From Thecamonas trahens ATCC 50062 (Eukaryota; Protista; Apusomonadida), in contig NW_013657674.1 of assembly GCF_000142905.1 (NCBI RefSeq), positions 567,278 to 631,277 of the forward strand: a DNA stretch of 64,000 nucleotides. Direction: 5' to 3'. Position numbers and translations under genes: made by a program. Positions 30,879 through 41,654 of the stretch are shown here, one piece after another. The notes beneath the pieces were generated by a model. It was not told the DNA's origin, did not search any database, and saw only the letters and a list, made by a program, of their open reading frames with translations. Numbering within the stretch: position 1 is the first letter of the stretch; each line of letters starts with the position of its first letter.

Positions 30879-32267
30879 ATGCACTCGATGTGTATGGCGA
30901 CGTGGGTGTTGGCCTTGGTCAGCCTTGGCCTCGTTGTCACTCCCCCTTCGGCCACTGGCCAGAACATCACCATCTACGGGCTTCGTTCGCCTCCATTTGT
31001 CATCCAGGCGGGAGATGAGGGTCAGGTATGTGTCTCTTAACACAGCTAGCTTGTGTCGAGGAGCCAAAGGAGGAGGCAGCGGGCTAGCGAGGCGGTTGTG
31101 TGTGTCTGTGGGGCGGGGCGACGAGGACTGACAATTGCGAGTCGTTGGTGGCTCCCGTGGCGGATTTTTCGAGTCGGGCAGTTTATTTCTGGACACGATT
31201 TGGATGTGTGGAAGAACATGTTTGCGCAGATGGTGGCGAGGAATGGCAACTTGTCGTACTCGGTCGAAGTCATGGCTACGCTCGGAGATGTGCAGAACGC
31301 GGTGGCCATCGATGAGTTTGGCGTGGGCATTGGCGCCATTTCCATGACGACCGAGCGCGAGAAGGACTTTGACTTTTCACAGTCGTATTTTTCTTCTGGC
31401 CTCGACGTCCTGCTCCTCCGCGAGTCAATCAAGCCGAACCTGATGCTCATCTTCCTCCCGTTCGACTGGTACATTTGGATTTCTGCCACCCTGCTGCTCT
31501 TTTTCTCGGGGCACGTCATCTGGTGGTTTGAGAGCGACTACCAGCCCAAGATCTTTCCGCGGTCGTACTTGGCCGGTGTCAACCAGGGCGTGTGGTACGC
31601 ATGGGGCACGCTCACCAAGACCAAGGCTGCTGACCTGCGCGGCTTCCCGTCGCGCATGTTCTCTGTGGGCTGGACCTCGCTGACAATCATCTACATTGCG
31701 GCGTACACAGCAAACCTGGCGACAATCCTCATGGTCGAGCAGCTGCGGTCCGACGTCACCGAGGTCTCGCAGCTCAACACCAACGATGTGACCCTGGCGA
31801 TGGTCGCCGAGTCGACCGCGATTGCGTGGAGCGCTCGCAACCTACCGCACACCCAGTTCAAGGTTGTGCCGTCGATCGATGACGCCTGGGCGGCGCTGCA
31901 AGCAGGCGAGGTCCTGGGCATCTTGTTCGACGCGCCGACGCTGCTCTTCCTCTCCAACATGCTCGACCTCGAATCCAAGTTTGACTTGCTCGGCAACCGG
32001 CTGACCAAGGACATCTACGGTTTCTTGCTCCACGAAAACTCGCCGCTTAAGGCCGAGATCGACCTGGCGATTATGGACCTCGAGTCTGACGGCGTGCTCG
32101 ACTCGATCTGGCGCGAGTGGTTCACCCGGCAGCACCAGGCACCGCTGCCTCCAGGCGCGACGGAGCTCTCGTTTACGGCCTTCTCGGGCATGTTTGTCAT
32201 TGTGGGCATTGGCCTCGCTGCCGCTATTGTCTCGTATGTCTGGCTCGCGTTTGCGCCCAAGGCGTGA
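30879..32267 (+). CDS. Ionotropic glutamate receptor-like channel (signal peptide-S1-M1-P-M3-S2-M4, no ATD); intron 31026-31181
   Basis: PPFV, GHDLDVW, GAISMTTERE.DFDFSQSYF, IWWFE, GVWYAWGTL, AYTANLAT, ESTA, ILFDAPTL, YGFLL...SPL, M4 FSGMFVIVG; a CAG|gtatgt...ctgac...cag intron joins the frames. Confidence 0.9.
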
Positions 32268-32307
32268 TGGCGCGATGGCGCACCGGCACGTGTCAGCGAC
32301 GCGGGTG

Positions 32308-33711
32308 TCATGCGTTGTCGGACGCTGCGCACGCCGCCGTCTCGTTGTTGGCCGACAGCGGCGACGAGGGTGACGACGAGGGCGACGACGAGGACGACGA
32401 GTCGGACGACGACGATGACGACGACGATGACGATGATGCAGTCGACGTGTCGGATGACGACGTGTCGGACGACGACGAGTCGGACGACGAAGAGCCCGAT
32501 CCGGAGCCCGATCCGGAGCCCGAGTCCGAGCCCGAGTCCGAGTCAGCTGACGACGACGACGACGACGATGACGACGACGATGCCATGGCGTTTTGGATGC
32601 TGGCGAGGACGTCGCTTTCAAGGTGCGAGGCAAGTGGCTTTGCCCGCTTGGGCGACGGGGTGAGGCCGCGCGTGTCGTTGGATTCCGCGCTGCGCCCGCG
32701 CTTGCGCTTGCGAGCGCGGTCGTTGCCCGGCGTTGCGGGCTCTGGTGCGGCAGCTGAAGTGTCAGCGGCCGGAGAAGCCGTCGTCGTCGCCGCCGCTGCC
32801 GCGGAAGCAAGTGCGGTGGTGACGGTCTTCTTGAGCTTGCGCCGAGTGCGACGGCTTCGCTTGGTCATGCTGGCCTGGGTAGCGGTGATAAATGCAGTCA
32901 TTAGCTCCATAAACTGCTTGCGCTGCGCAGCTTCTTCAGCGATCATTCGGTTGACAGAGTCTTGGGTCCCGAGGATGCGCTCGACGACTCTCTCATGGCT
33001 GGCCTGGATCTCACGAAGAAGCTCCAAGTGGTTGTGAGCGGGCGACCGCCCGGGCTCGCGCGAGTCCATGCTGCGCGCGATGGACCAATCTTCGTCACCA
33101 GACTGCGAATGCAACAACGGCGAGGGCGCCGCAGAGGAGGCTGCTGCGCGCGGTGGGGTGTCAGGTACAAGGGCGGGTGGCGGGAGCGGGGCGAGGAGCT
33201 GAGGCGACTGAGTCGATTGGGTGTTGATTGGCGCCGGTGACGACGGCTTGGAGCGTGGCGGCGGGGTGCTGGGAGCCTCCCGCGCCGCGGCTGCGTCGTC
33301 AGCGACAGCAGCGGCGGCAGCGGCATCAGCGGCACGACAGGCGGCATCAAAGGTGGCGACTGAAGCGTGGTGGCTCAGCAGCGTCTCGATCTCGACCTCG
33401 CCGCCGGACAAGACCATGTGCATATGGCGAAAGTATGGTAGCGCAGGCTGGACCTCCTTTGCCGTGCCAGCCAGACGGGCCTTCTCGAACAGGTAAGACT
33501 TGCGCATGTGGAGGAACTTAACCTGGACTTCATCGGGCTCGACCCGTGCCGATCCGGAGAGACATGCGTTGAGAATGTCAGCGATAGTGCTCCATCCGCG
33601 GGCGTCATCGTCGTCGGGCCGGACGTGGGCGAATGCGGCCAGCATGACCGCCATCCTGCCGAGCGTCCAGTGGGTCTTGCTCTTTGCACGGCTCTGGACG
33701 TGAGCGACCAT
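32308..33711 (-). CDS. Trihelix/Myb-SANT-like (MADF/GT-1 type) DNA-binding protein with coiled coil and Ser-rich tail
   Basis: HWT...ML...WSTIADIL...EVQVKFLHMRKSY...LPYFRHMHMVL spacing; RKRKR NLS; possible upstream intron at ~33724-33780. Confidence 0.65.
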   Translation of the reverse strand: MVAHVQSRAKSKTHWTLGRMAVMLAAFAHVRPDDDDARGWSTIADILNACLSGSARVEPDEVQVKFLHMRKSYLFEKARLAGTAKEVQPALPYFRHMHMVLSGGEVEIETLLSHHASVATFDAACRAADAAAAAAVADDAAAAREAPSTPPPRSKPSSPAPINTQSTQSPQLLAPLPPPALVPDTPPRAAASSAAPSPLLHSQSGDEDWSIARSMDSREPGRSPAHNHLELLREIQASHERVVERILGTQDSVNRMIAEEAAQRKQFMELMTAFITATQASMTKRSRRTRRKLKKTVTTALASAAAAATTTASPAADTSAAAPEPATPGNDRARKRKRGRSAESNDTRGLTPSPKRAKPLASHLESDVLASIQNAMASSSSSSSSSSSADSDSGSDSGSGSGSGSGSSSSDSSSSDTSSSDTSTASSSSSSSSSSSDSSSSSSPSSSPSSPLSANNETAACAASDNA

Positions 33712-34186
33712 AACGATGCCAACCTGTGAGTCACCATCTCCTCTCATCCCCTCTCCCTCATCAGCCCTCGATAACATACAGTGCGTGCGAGGGGATTCCG
33801 CCGCGCTCCACCCGGTCCACCCGCTGGCGTCCGTGGCGCCGAGTACGGTAGCCGCGTCCGACTCAGGGAGCTCCGCCGCATACCTCGGGCGTGTAGTGTG
33901 ACTAAGAACGAGGCCGAGTGGTGGTTGTCCGCTATACTGTGCTGTGCTGGAAATGCTGCCAGTGCCACGCCGAGTGCTCCCTCACTGTCTGGCCGGCCGG
34001 ACGAGAGCGGTGTGGCCGTCGTCGCCTCGGACTGGCTGGCCGATTGCTAGGCAATGGCAGTGATGAACAGCATGGAGCGTCACTCGCCCCTCTCGCATTC
34101 CACTTTCCACCCCCCCCCCCCCCCCCCCCCCCCCCCTTTCCGCTCTCTACCACTATGTAAGGTGCTGCAGAAATGTGCGGCATCGC

Positions 34187-35389
34187 TCACTCTTGCGCCA
34201 CGCCACCGGCGGCGGGCGGCATCAGCGCGCCGCCGTTCGGATCGTTGTCGAGGAGAAAGGCCTCGAGCTGTGCGAGGACAGCCGGAAAGTCTGCGCGGCC
34301 GTAGCCGAGCCGAAAGTGGCGGTTGTCGTAGTTAAAGGTCGAACCGGGAAGGAGGAGCACACCCTTGGCGTCGACAAGGGCGGCGGCAAAGGCGTCGGCG
34401 GTGAGCTCACCTGGAGCCACGTTGAGGCGCGGGAAACAGATCGGCGCCGCCGTGGGGCGCGACCAGACAAACAGGTGGGCGTACGTGGTCATAAACGCAG
34501 TGAGGAGCTCCATGTTGGTGGCGATGAGCGCGTTGTTGCGAGCTAGAAGCTGCGAGCTAGCCCTGAGCGCGGCGACCGAGAGCAGCTGTGACGGGCCGGA
34601 GCAGCAGATCGAAGTGTAGTCCTTGTACGATAGCAGCGCGTCGTAGAGCGCAGCCGAGCGCGTCGCGAGCCAGCCGATGCGAAGGCCGGCGAGGCCGTAC
34701 GACTTGGACATGACGCCGAGGCTCATTGTGTGCGAGTCTGAGAGCGTGACTGCGGCCGGCAGCGTGAGCGTGCCCTCGCGCTCCAGCCCCCGGTAGACCT
34801 CGTCACAAAGGAGGAGCGCATCGGCGTCCTCAACAGCAGCCACTACCCTTTGCAGCTCATCCGGCGTCAGGAGCGCGCCGGTCGGGTTGGCAGGCGCCAT
34901 CAGGACCACCATCTTGGGCACCGGCTCGACTGCGAGCGCGGCGACGAGCTCATCGACATCCAGCGCCCAGTCGTCCTCGGGCTTGGCCACCCAAGGGCGA
35001 ACGTCGACGCCCATGTCAGTCGCAATGTCTGAGAGCGAGGTGTAGCACGGAGTGGCGCAGATCATAGCATCGCCCGGCGCGAGCACAACGCGCATGGCCA
35101 CATAGATGCCCTCCTCAGCACCGGCAAAGACAAGCACGTTTTCAGGCGAAATCTTGCTCTCGTACACATGCTCGGCAATGGCCGCACGGAGTTCCGGCTC
35201 GCCAGGCGACTCGGTGTAACCGAGCGAGAGATTCATGAGCTCTTTCGGATCCATGCCCGCCAGCTCCATCACCTCGCCCACCGTTCGCGTCTCGCAGTCA
35301 GAGCAGCAGAGCAGATGCGGCGCCGTAAACTCGTACTTTGCAAAGTACCGCTCCACACCAAAGGCCCGCAAAGGACATGCAAGTGCCAT
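34187..35389 (-). CDS. PLP-dependent aminotransferase class I/II (bacterial-like subfamily)
   Basis: FGVERYFAKYEF..HLLCCSDCE, LGYTESPG, PANPTG, DEVYRGLE, MSKSYGLAGLRIGW, FRLGYGR. Confidence 0.92.
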   Translation of the reverse strand: MALACPLRAFGVERYFAKYEFTAPHLLCCSDCETRTVGEVMELAGMDPKELMNLSLGYTESPGEPELRAAIAEHVYESKISPENVLVFAGAEEGIYVAMRVVLAPGDAMICATPCYTSLSDIATDMGVDVRPWVAKPEDDWALDVDELVAALAVEPVPKMVVLMAPANPTGALLTPDELQRVVAAVEDADALLLCDEVYRGLEREGTLTLPAAVTLSDSHTMSLGVMSKSYGLAGLRIGWLATRSAALYDALLSYKDYTSICCSGPSQLLSVAALRASSQLLARNNALIATNMELLTAFMTTYAHLFVWSRPTAAPICFPRLNVAPGELTADAFAAALVDAKGVLLLPGSTFNYDNRHFRLGYGRADFPAVLAQLEAFLLDNDPNGGALMPPAAGGVAQE

Positions 35390-35957
35390 ATCACTTCTTG
35401 CACCTGACATGCTCCCCTGTCGTGTCCAGAGAGTTGGGTGCCTGAGGTCTGCGGTCTCTGCCTCGGTCACCAGTGGCGACGTTCAGCGAGGTCCGCGGGC
35501 GCGAGCAGACTAGCTATCGGCTTTGCCTTGACCAGTCCGATCGAAGGCGGGAGCCTGATGGAATCCAAGTAGAGAGAGGGCAACGGGTGTGCTAGTTATG
35601 CGCGGTGTGTGCGATCAGCGCATTCTACCTGCGTCGATGAGAGTTGACGCAGGCTACATTCGAGATGGCTGGCGGTGCGTGCGTGAGTGTCCGTGAGTAG
35701 GCCGCCCAAGCCGCGATCCACGCCCGATCTGCCCGCCCATCACTCCCTTCCCTCCTCATGTTAATCTGAACCACGTCAGTTGATCCTCTCTACCATCGTA
35801 TCGCATGGAACCGCACCGCGCCCGCCCCGACACCGCCTCGTTTGCTCACTGGCTGCTCGCGATGACGGCAGCAGCTGTGCGTTCGATACGAGTACGTCTC
35901 TCGACAACAGCCGAGAGAGGCGACTCTGGTACTACGTTGCGGTTAGGGTGGACGGTA

Positions 35958-37058
35958 ATGGCTGAGAGCGGAAGGCTGCGGGGTGTGCTGGGCTTGGTGG
36001 CCGACACTCAGTACGCGGACGCTGACGACGGCTGGTCGTACGACAAGAGCGAGAAGCGGTACTTTCGGGCATCGGTGGATGGGACGCGGATGCTGGCGAG
36101 TGCATGGGCGGCGCTGCCGGTGTTGGTTGGCGATGACGAACCAGAGACGCCCGAGGCGGCGCTAGCCCCGTTCGCCGTCAGCGGCCGGAGCGGCGACGGG
36201 CACGCTACGGAGGCCGACGACGTCGTCTTTGCGCCGCAGATGGTTGTTCACTTGGGTGATGTGGTCGACGGGCGCCACGGGACGTCGCACCTTGTTGACG
36301 CCGTTCATGTCATCACCTCGGAGCTCCGCAAGGCTGGCGCGCCGGTTGTTTGCCTTGCCGGCAACCACGAGTTTTATCACGCCCGGGCCGAGGGCGACGC
36401 GGCGCGGGAGGTGCTCGCCGGTGCGCTGGGATGGGGCGACGCGACGCTGCGCGGGAGCTGGTCGCTACTGCCTGGCCAGTTACGGGTCATTTGCATCGAC
36501 ACGTACGAGATCTCGGTCATGGGTGCGCTCGGCGGACTCGAGTCCGAGGCTGCCGCCCAAGCGGCTGCGCTCCTTGCGGCGAACAACCCCAACGAGATCA
36601 AGAACTCGCCCGAGGGCCTGGTTGGCAACGACGCGCGATGGGTGGCGTTTGGCGGTGGAACAAGCGAAGCGCAGGTCCAGTGGCTCGAAGCCGAGCTCGC
36701 TGCCGCGGCTACGGCCGGCGAGCGCGCGGTAGTCTGCTCGCATGTCCCACTCCATCCGCGCGGCGCGGAGCGGCCGACCAACGTCGTGTGGAACTACGAG
36801 GCGTTTGAGTCGGTGTTGACGACGTACGCCACCGCCGGCGTGCTTGTTGCATGCTTTGCCGGGCACGACCACACCGGGGTCTTTGCTCTCGCAGAGAGCG
36901 ACGACGACCCGCTGCCGCACTTTGTCACCCTCCCAGCGATTCTCACGTCGCCACCGGGTACGACCGCCGGCGCACTGGCGCACATCTACGACGACCGAAT
37001 CGAATTGGTCGGCTTTGGCAACTGTCCAAGCGCGCGGCTGCCGTTCCGGAAGCGCTAA
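35958..37058 (+). CDS. ADPRM: Mn-dependent ADP-ribose/CDP-alcohol diphosphatase (metallophosphoesterase)
   Basis: ADTQYADADD, RYFR, LGDVVDG, GNHEF, NPN...NSP, SHVPLHP, WNY, AGHDH. Confidence 0.88.
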   Translation: MAESGRLRGVLGLVADTQYADADDGWSYDKSEKRYFRASVDGTRMLASAWAALPVLVGDDEPETPEAALAPFAVSGRSGDGHATEADDVVFAPQMVVHLGDVVDGRHGTSHLVDAVHVITSELRKAGAPVVCLAGNHEFYHARAEGDAAREVLAGALGWGDATLRGSWSLLPGQLRVICIDTYEISVMGALGGLESEAAAQAAALLAANNPNEIKNSPEGLVGNDARWVAFGGGTSEAQVQWLEAELAAAATAGERAVVCSHVPLHPRGAERPTNVVWNYEAFESVLTTYATAGVLVACFAGHDHTGVFALAESDDDPLPHFVTLPAILTSPPGTTAGALAHIYDDRIELVGFGNCPSARLPFRKR

Positions 37059-37063
37059 ATCGC

Positions 37064-38482
37064 CTAGCGCTTGCCGCGCTTGCCCTTCTTGGCCTTTTTG
37101 GCCGGTGGCGGGTCGTCGGCGTGCGCGTCCGCAAACATCGACGGCCAGTACTCGGTGGCGTACGGCGCGTCGGCGCGGGCGCCCATCGACGGCGGGTGGA
37201 ACCAGTAGTTGACCGCCATGTGGATGGCACGCGGCTTGTCCGAGAACGACGTCACCTCGTGGAACCAACCGGCCGGCAGATACAGGACGTCACCGGCGCT
37301 GAGCTCGGCTACCGCGTGCGGCAGACTCGCATCAAAGAGCGGCGCGTCAGCCACCAGTGGCCAGGGCTTTGGCCCGTGTCGGGCGTGGACTGCGGGCGTC
37401 GGGATGCGTGAAAAGTGATCGGGCTCGGGCTCGGGCTCAGCGGCGGTCTTTGCAACGGCGGCGGCCGGCGGCGCCGCGGCAACGGAAGCCTGCTGGCTCG
37501 AAGCCGTCCCTGGTCCGCCGCTGTCATCATCGGCCCACTCGTCGGCCCACTCGTCGGGCCACTCGCCGTCAAAGACCGGAAAGTCATCGTCTCCGTCGTC
37601 ATCGCCAGCGGCGGCGCTCTTCCGCTTCCGCTTCCGGCCGCCGGCGGCCATGTCGAGCATGCGCTCAAGAGCAGCGTCAATGTCGTCGTCGTCCTTGGCG
37701 GTGGCAAGCGCAGACTTTGTCCGCCACGCCTCGACGTCTGCGAGCGGGGCGCCGTTTTCGTCGACAGGCCCAGCGCCGACGTAGTTGATGCGGCCGTTGG
37801 GCGCAACACCCGCCAGCTCTCCGTATGTCGCCAATGCGCCTGCGGCCGAGGGATCAAAGAGAGTGAACCGCTTGCGACCAGCGGCGAGAACGTAGATGTT
37901 GTCGTGAAAGTCGTGATGGAGGCCGGACGACGAGCCTGAGGCCGACGAGCCGAGCCACAGATGCATCGACTGCGGGACAAGGCTGCCAGCCAGCGCAGGA
38001 CGGATCGGAACGAGGCCCGAGTCGACCAGTGCAGGGAGTGGGGCCGAGATGTGAACCCGGCCCGGAGGCGGCGGGCCAGCAGACCGCCACCCGCTGTCCT
38101 CGGGCTGGGTCGAGATGTAGAGTGCGGCACCGGCGGCAAGCTCGTCGAGCACCTCGTTGAGCGGCCGGAGGACACGCTTGCCGCGGCCAAACTCACGGCC
38201 GTCCTCGGGCGCGTCGTCACCGGCGGCAGCGACCTCGACATGAACCGCAGCGTCACCGGCGGCGTCGGCGAGGAGCTCGGGCGTGAGCTGGGTGAGCAGA
38301 GCGCCAAGGTCCGAGTCGGCCGGGAGGCCGCGGATGATGGCGGGCTTGCGGACCGCGATGTGGGCATGGTACAGCGAATGCGCCGTCGTAGTCGCACCCG
38401 AAAGCACAGGCACCATCCAGGGCTTGCCGGACGGAGCCGGCTGCGGGAGGCGGAAGCCGGCGTACGCGTCGCGGGCCGCCAT
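37064..38482 (-). CDS. JmjC/cupin-8 2-oxoglutarate Fe(II) oxygenase
   Basis: RKPAIIRG, LWLG...SGLHHDFHDNIY..GRKRFTLF, AGDVLYLPAGWFHEV, AVNYWF (HxD...H triad). Confidence 0.9.
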   Translation of the reverse strand: MAARDAYAGFRLPQPAPSGKPWMVPVLSGATTTAHSLYHAHIAVRKPAIIRGLPADSDLGALLTQLTPELLADAAGDAAVHVEVAAAGDDAPEDGREFGRGKRVLRPLNEVLDELAAGAALYISTQPEDSGWRSAGPPPPGRVHISAPLPALVDSGLVPIRPALAGSLVPQSMHLWLGSSASGSSSGLHHDFHDNIYVLAAGRKRFTLFDPSAAGALATYGELAGVAPNGRINYVGAGPVDENGAPLADVEAWRTKSALATAKDDDDIDAALERMLDMAAGGRKRKRKSAAAGDDDGDDDFPVFDGEWPDEWADEWADDDSGGPGTASSQQASVAAAPPAAAVAKTAAEPEPEPDHFSRIPTPAVHARHGPKPWPLVADAPLFDASLPHAVAELSAGDVLYLPAGWFHEVTSFSDKPRAIHMAVNYWFHPPSMGARADAPYATEYWPSMFADAHADDPPPAKKAKKGKRGKR

Positions 38483-39442
38483 AACTTTGCCACGAGTTGA
38501 GTCGAGTGAAGCAATCGATTGTCGTTTGTCATCCATTATCACGTCATGTCACGAGTAGGTCACGAGCAGGCTCGCGGTGTGATCGGACTTATCGACTTTT
38601 CCTGCCTTCTAGCGGACGAGGCACACGTGATGTCGTCATGTCCACGTTCTGATGTGTGGTGATGGAGGGGGGGGGGGNNNNNNNNNNNNNNNNNNNNNNN
38701 NNNNNNNNNNNNNNNNNNNNNNNNNNNNNNNNNNNNNNNNNNNNNNNNNNNNNNNNNNNNNNNNNNNNNNNNNNNNNAGAACACACATATGTTGTGTTGG
38801 GCCTTTTTAAGATAAATGGCACCAAAGTCTCAAACGCAGACGCCCGGGCGGATAAGGTATTCTCTTTTTTCCCCCCCTTACGGCGGCGAAGACAACCGGG
38901 CTCTCCAACACACCCTCTTCATTTCTTCCGGAAACCGGGGGGGGGGGGGGGGGGGGGGGAGGGGAGCCAATTCGACTTGGGTCGCACTCGGTCAGGGTCA
39001 CGTTGTCGAGTCGTGGTGCGCCGGAACGGAAATTTTGGGCGGCCGCCCCATGTCCTCTCGTCCGCCAGCCATGTCCCTATTTCGACGAACGGACGATACA
39101 CTTCCCCAAGTTTTTTGGCCGCCCCCCCACCCGGTCACCCCCACCCCCCTCCACCCACCCCCTTCCACCCCACCACCCCCTCACCACCCCCACCACCTTC
39201 CCAACGGTAGTGGGCACCCCCTCGCATTTTTTGTAAGTCGATACGCTCTTTATTGCGCGTTCGACGGCAAGCGGGAGGTTGCGGGCCACAGAAGCCGTAA
39301 TCCGGAAAATCGTTCCAAACCGCGCGCGGGTCGCATTAGCTTGCTGACTGGCGGAGCGGGAAATTCCGGCGAATAGGTGAACGCCACCAACTCTTTTTTT
39401 TCTCTACTAGCTTGCCTGCTGGCCGCGACTGCCATTCCTTCA

Positions 39443-40798
39443 ATGCGTATGGCTCCGGCTCACTCGCATGCGACCAACCACCACCACGAGAGCGCGATGC
39501 TTTCGTGCGGGACCAAGAGCGTGGGCGGGAGCGGGTCGCGGTTTGTGCCGCGGCTCGCGCCGCTCCCGCTGAGCCCGACCAAGGCGGCCGACGCGCGCGC
39601 GCGTACGGCTCGCGACGATGAGGCGGCACGGGTCCTCTCCTCGCTGGACCTCTCGACACCGAGACATGTGTACGGCCAGATTATGGTCGGCCCGACGTTC
39701 CAGGCTTCGGCGCTCCCTGCGGCGGCAAGCGCTGCGGAGGCGCCCACGGGCAACGACGAGTGCATGTGGCGGCCGTGCCCGGCCAAGATCTCAAACGCCG
39801 ACGTGGACGCGTTTGTGGAAGCCGCGCGTGGGGCGTCTGTGCCCGAGGAGAGCGCACTGAAGGCGCTGATGGAGGCTGACTACGACGTCGACGCCGCGAT
39901 GGAGGTTCTGCTTGCCGCAGACCATCCGCCGGCTCGGGCAGTGTGGTCGACGCGGGAAAAAGCCGTTTTTGAGCAACTGTATGCCAATCACGGGAAGGAG
40001 TTCCGCCTCATTGCCCCGCACTTGCCGAACAAGACGCTCGCCGACGTGGTCGAGTACTTTTATGCCGTCCGCCCGTGCGCTCACGATCCGTACGACTCGG
40101 ACATGGAAGGCGCAGAGTCGGGCTCGTCGTCGGCGTCGGAGCTCGAGTCTGATGAGGAGAGCCAGGTCGACGACGACGTTTTTGCCTACCTCCGCAACGA
40201 GCTGGCGACGCCGCAGGCCGCGCCCGCGGCGCTTGACGCGTCGCGGCTGTTTGTCGGCTCAACGCCGATGGCGTCGCGGCCTGCCACGCCGCACGGCCCG
40301 GTCTTTGCCTCAGACTCGCGCTGGTCGCTCGGCCTGCCCCCTTTGCTCCCCGGAGCGGCATCCGTCAGTAACTCGGGCCCGTCGACGCCGTCGCCCTCGG
40401 GCGCGTCGCGCAAGCGCAAGTTTGCAATCGACGACAACGACGTGACTGCCCAGGCCTCGGTCTCGCCCATCCCCGGGATCGGCGTTGCAACCGAAGCGGC
40501 GTCGACGCTCGCCTCCTTTGGCGCCCCGAGCTCGGGGCCAGTTATGTGGTCGCCGTCGCAGCCGCGGCCGCCGGTCCCGGCGCTCGACCTTGGCGAGTTT
40601 GACTTTGACACCGATTCGCTCCTCGGGCCAGACCTGCCGTCGCCAAAGCTGCTGGCTCGCCCGGCCAAGCGGCACAAACCGCTTGCACCTGCGCCGCCGT
40701 CGCTCGCACCCGCACCGCCACCGCTCTTTGGCGATCTCTTCCCGGTCGCTTCGCAGCCGGCTGCCGAGCCGACCGAAGAGACGTGCACCATTCAGTAG
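39443..40798 (+). CDS. ELM2-SANT transcriptional corepressor (CoREST/MIER/RERE-like); probable upstream intron ~39233-39376
   Basis: IMVGPTFQA...MWRP...EESALKAL..ADYD (ELM2); WSTREKAVFEQL...GKEFRLI...LPNKTLADVVEYFY (SANT). Confidence 0.88.
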   Translation: MRMAPAHSHATNHHHESAMLSCGTKSVGGSGSRFVPRLAPLPLSPTKAADARARTARDDEAARVLSSLDLSTPRHVYGQIMVGPTFQASALPAAASAAEAPTGNDECMWRPCPAKISNADVDAFVEAARGASVPEESALKALMEADYDVDAAMEVLLAADHPPARAVWSTREKAVFEQLYANHGKEFRLIAPHLPNKTLADVVEYFYAVRPCAHDPYDSDMEGAESGSSSASELESDEESQVDDDVFAYLRNELATPQAAPAALDASRLFVGSTPMASRPATPHGPVFASDSRWSLGLPPLLPGAASVSNSGPSTPSPSGASRKRKFAIDDNDVTAQASVSPIPGIGVATEAASTLASFGAPSSGPVMWSPSQPRPPVPALDLGEFDFDTDSLLGPDLPSPKLLARPAKRHKPLAPAPPSLAPAPPPLFGDLFPVASQPAAEPTEETCTIQ

Positions 40799-40895
40799 CG
40801 AGAATATTGACAATGTACACTTTGTTTGTGACCTGCACGCTCTTCCACTTTTGCTTTACTATTCCCCAACCCAGCGAGCACGCCCTCGCGGGCGT

Positions 40896-41654
40896 CTAGC
40901 CGCAGCAGCCCTTGGACTCCTTCTTGGGCGGCTCCTGTGAGAGGTAGACGACCGAGGGATCGAGTACTTGTTGCGGGGCCACGTTGACCTTGGCCTCGTT
41001 CTCGAGAATGTGGTGAACAAGGAAGCGGCCGGCGTCGGAAATGCCGCGCGCAGTCTTGGCCGAGGTCTCAAACCAGCCGGCAAAGCCGTACTCGTCGCAG
41101 AACCGCTGCATCTCTTCAGGATCCAGGTTGACCTCGACCGAGTCCTTCAGATCGCACTTGTTGGCGAGGAGGACGACCGGAATGGGCGAGCCGTCGGCAA
41201 GGTGGACTTTGTCGTCAATATCTTTCTTCCACGACTTGACCCGCTCAAAGGTGGCCGGCCGCGTGACGTCAAAGACCACAAAGCCGCCGACGGCCGCCTT
41301 GTAGTACACCCGCAGCATCTTGCCGTACCGCTCCTGCCCGGCAATGTCCCACAGCTGCAGCCTCACAACGGTGTTGGCATCCAGCTCAAGAACTTTGAGC
41401 GCAAAGTCGACTCCGATCGTAGCGCGGAAATCCTTGAACACATCCCGCACATACCGGTTGATGATTGCTGTCTTGCCCGTCCCCTCTTCTCCCACCAAGA
41501 TGACCTTGAACAAGAACTCCAGCTGCGGCGCGTCCTCGTCCTACTCTTCCACCACACCACCACAATCCCACCACGTTCCCCATCAGTCTCCCTCCCCCCC
41601 TCCCCCCCCCCCCCCCTCTCCTCCCCTCCCCCTCCCCCTCCTTACTATCCCCAT
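40896..41654 (-). CDS. RAB32: Rab32/38-family small GTPase; probable intron 41541-41645
   Basis: GEEGTGKT, ATIGVDFALK, diagnostic WDIAGQE, ANKCD, WFETSAK, C-terminal GCCG; exon 1 ATG GGG ATA|gtaag is tentative. Confidence 0.9.

Noticed and set aside
27864-37058. ADP-ribose cluster (Deltex DTC plus ADPRM)
   Set aside because: 7 kb apart with five unrelated genes between; no evidence of linkage.
38960-39055. Possible snRNA (AATTTTGG Sm-like site followed by a GC hairpin)
   Set aside because: No recognisable U2/U4/U5 motifs; an Infernal search would be needed.
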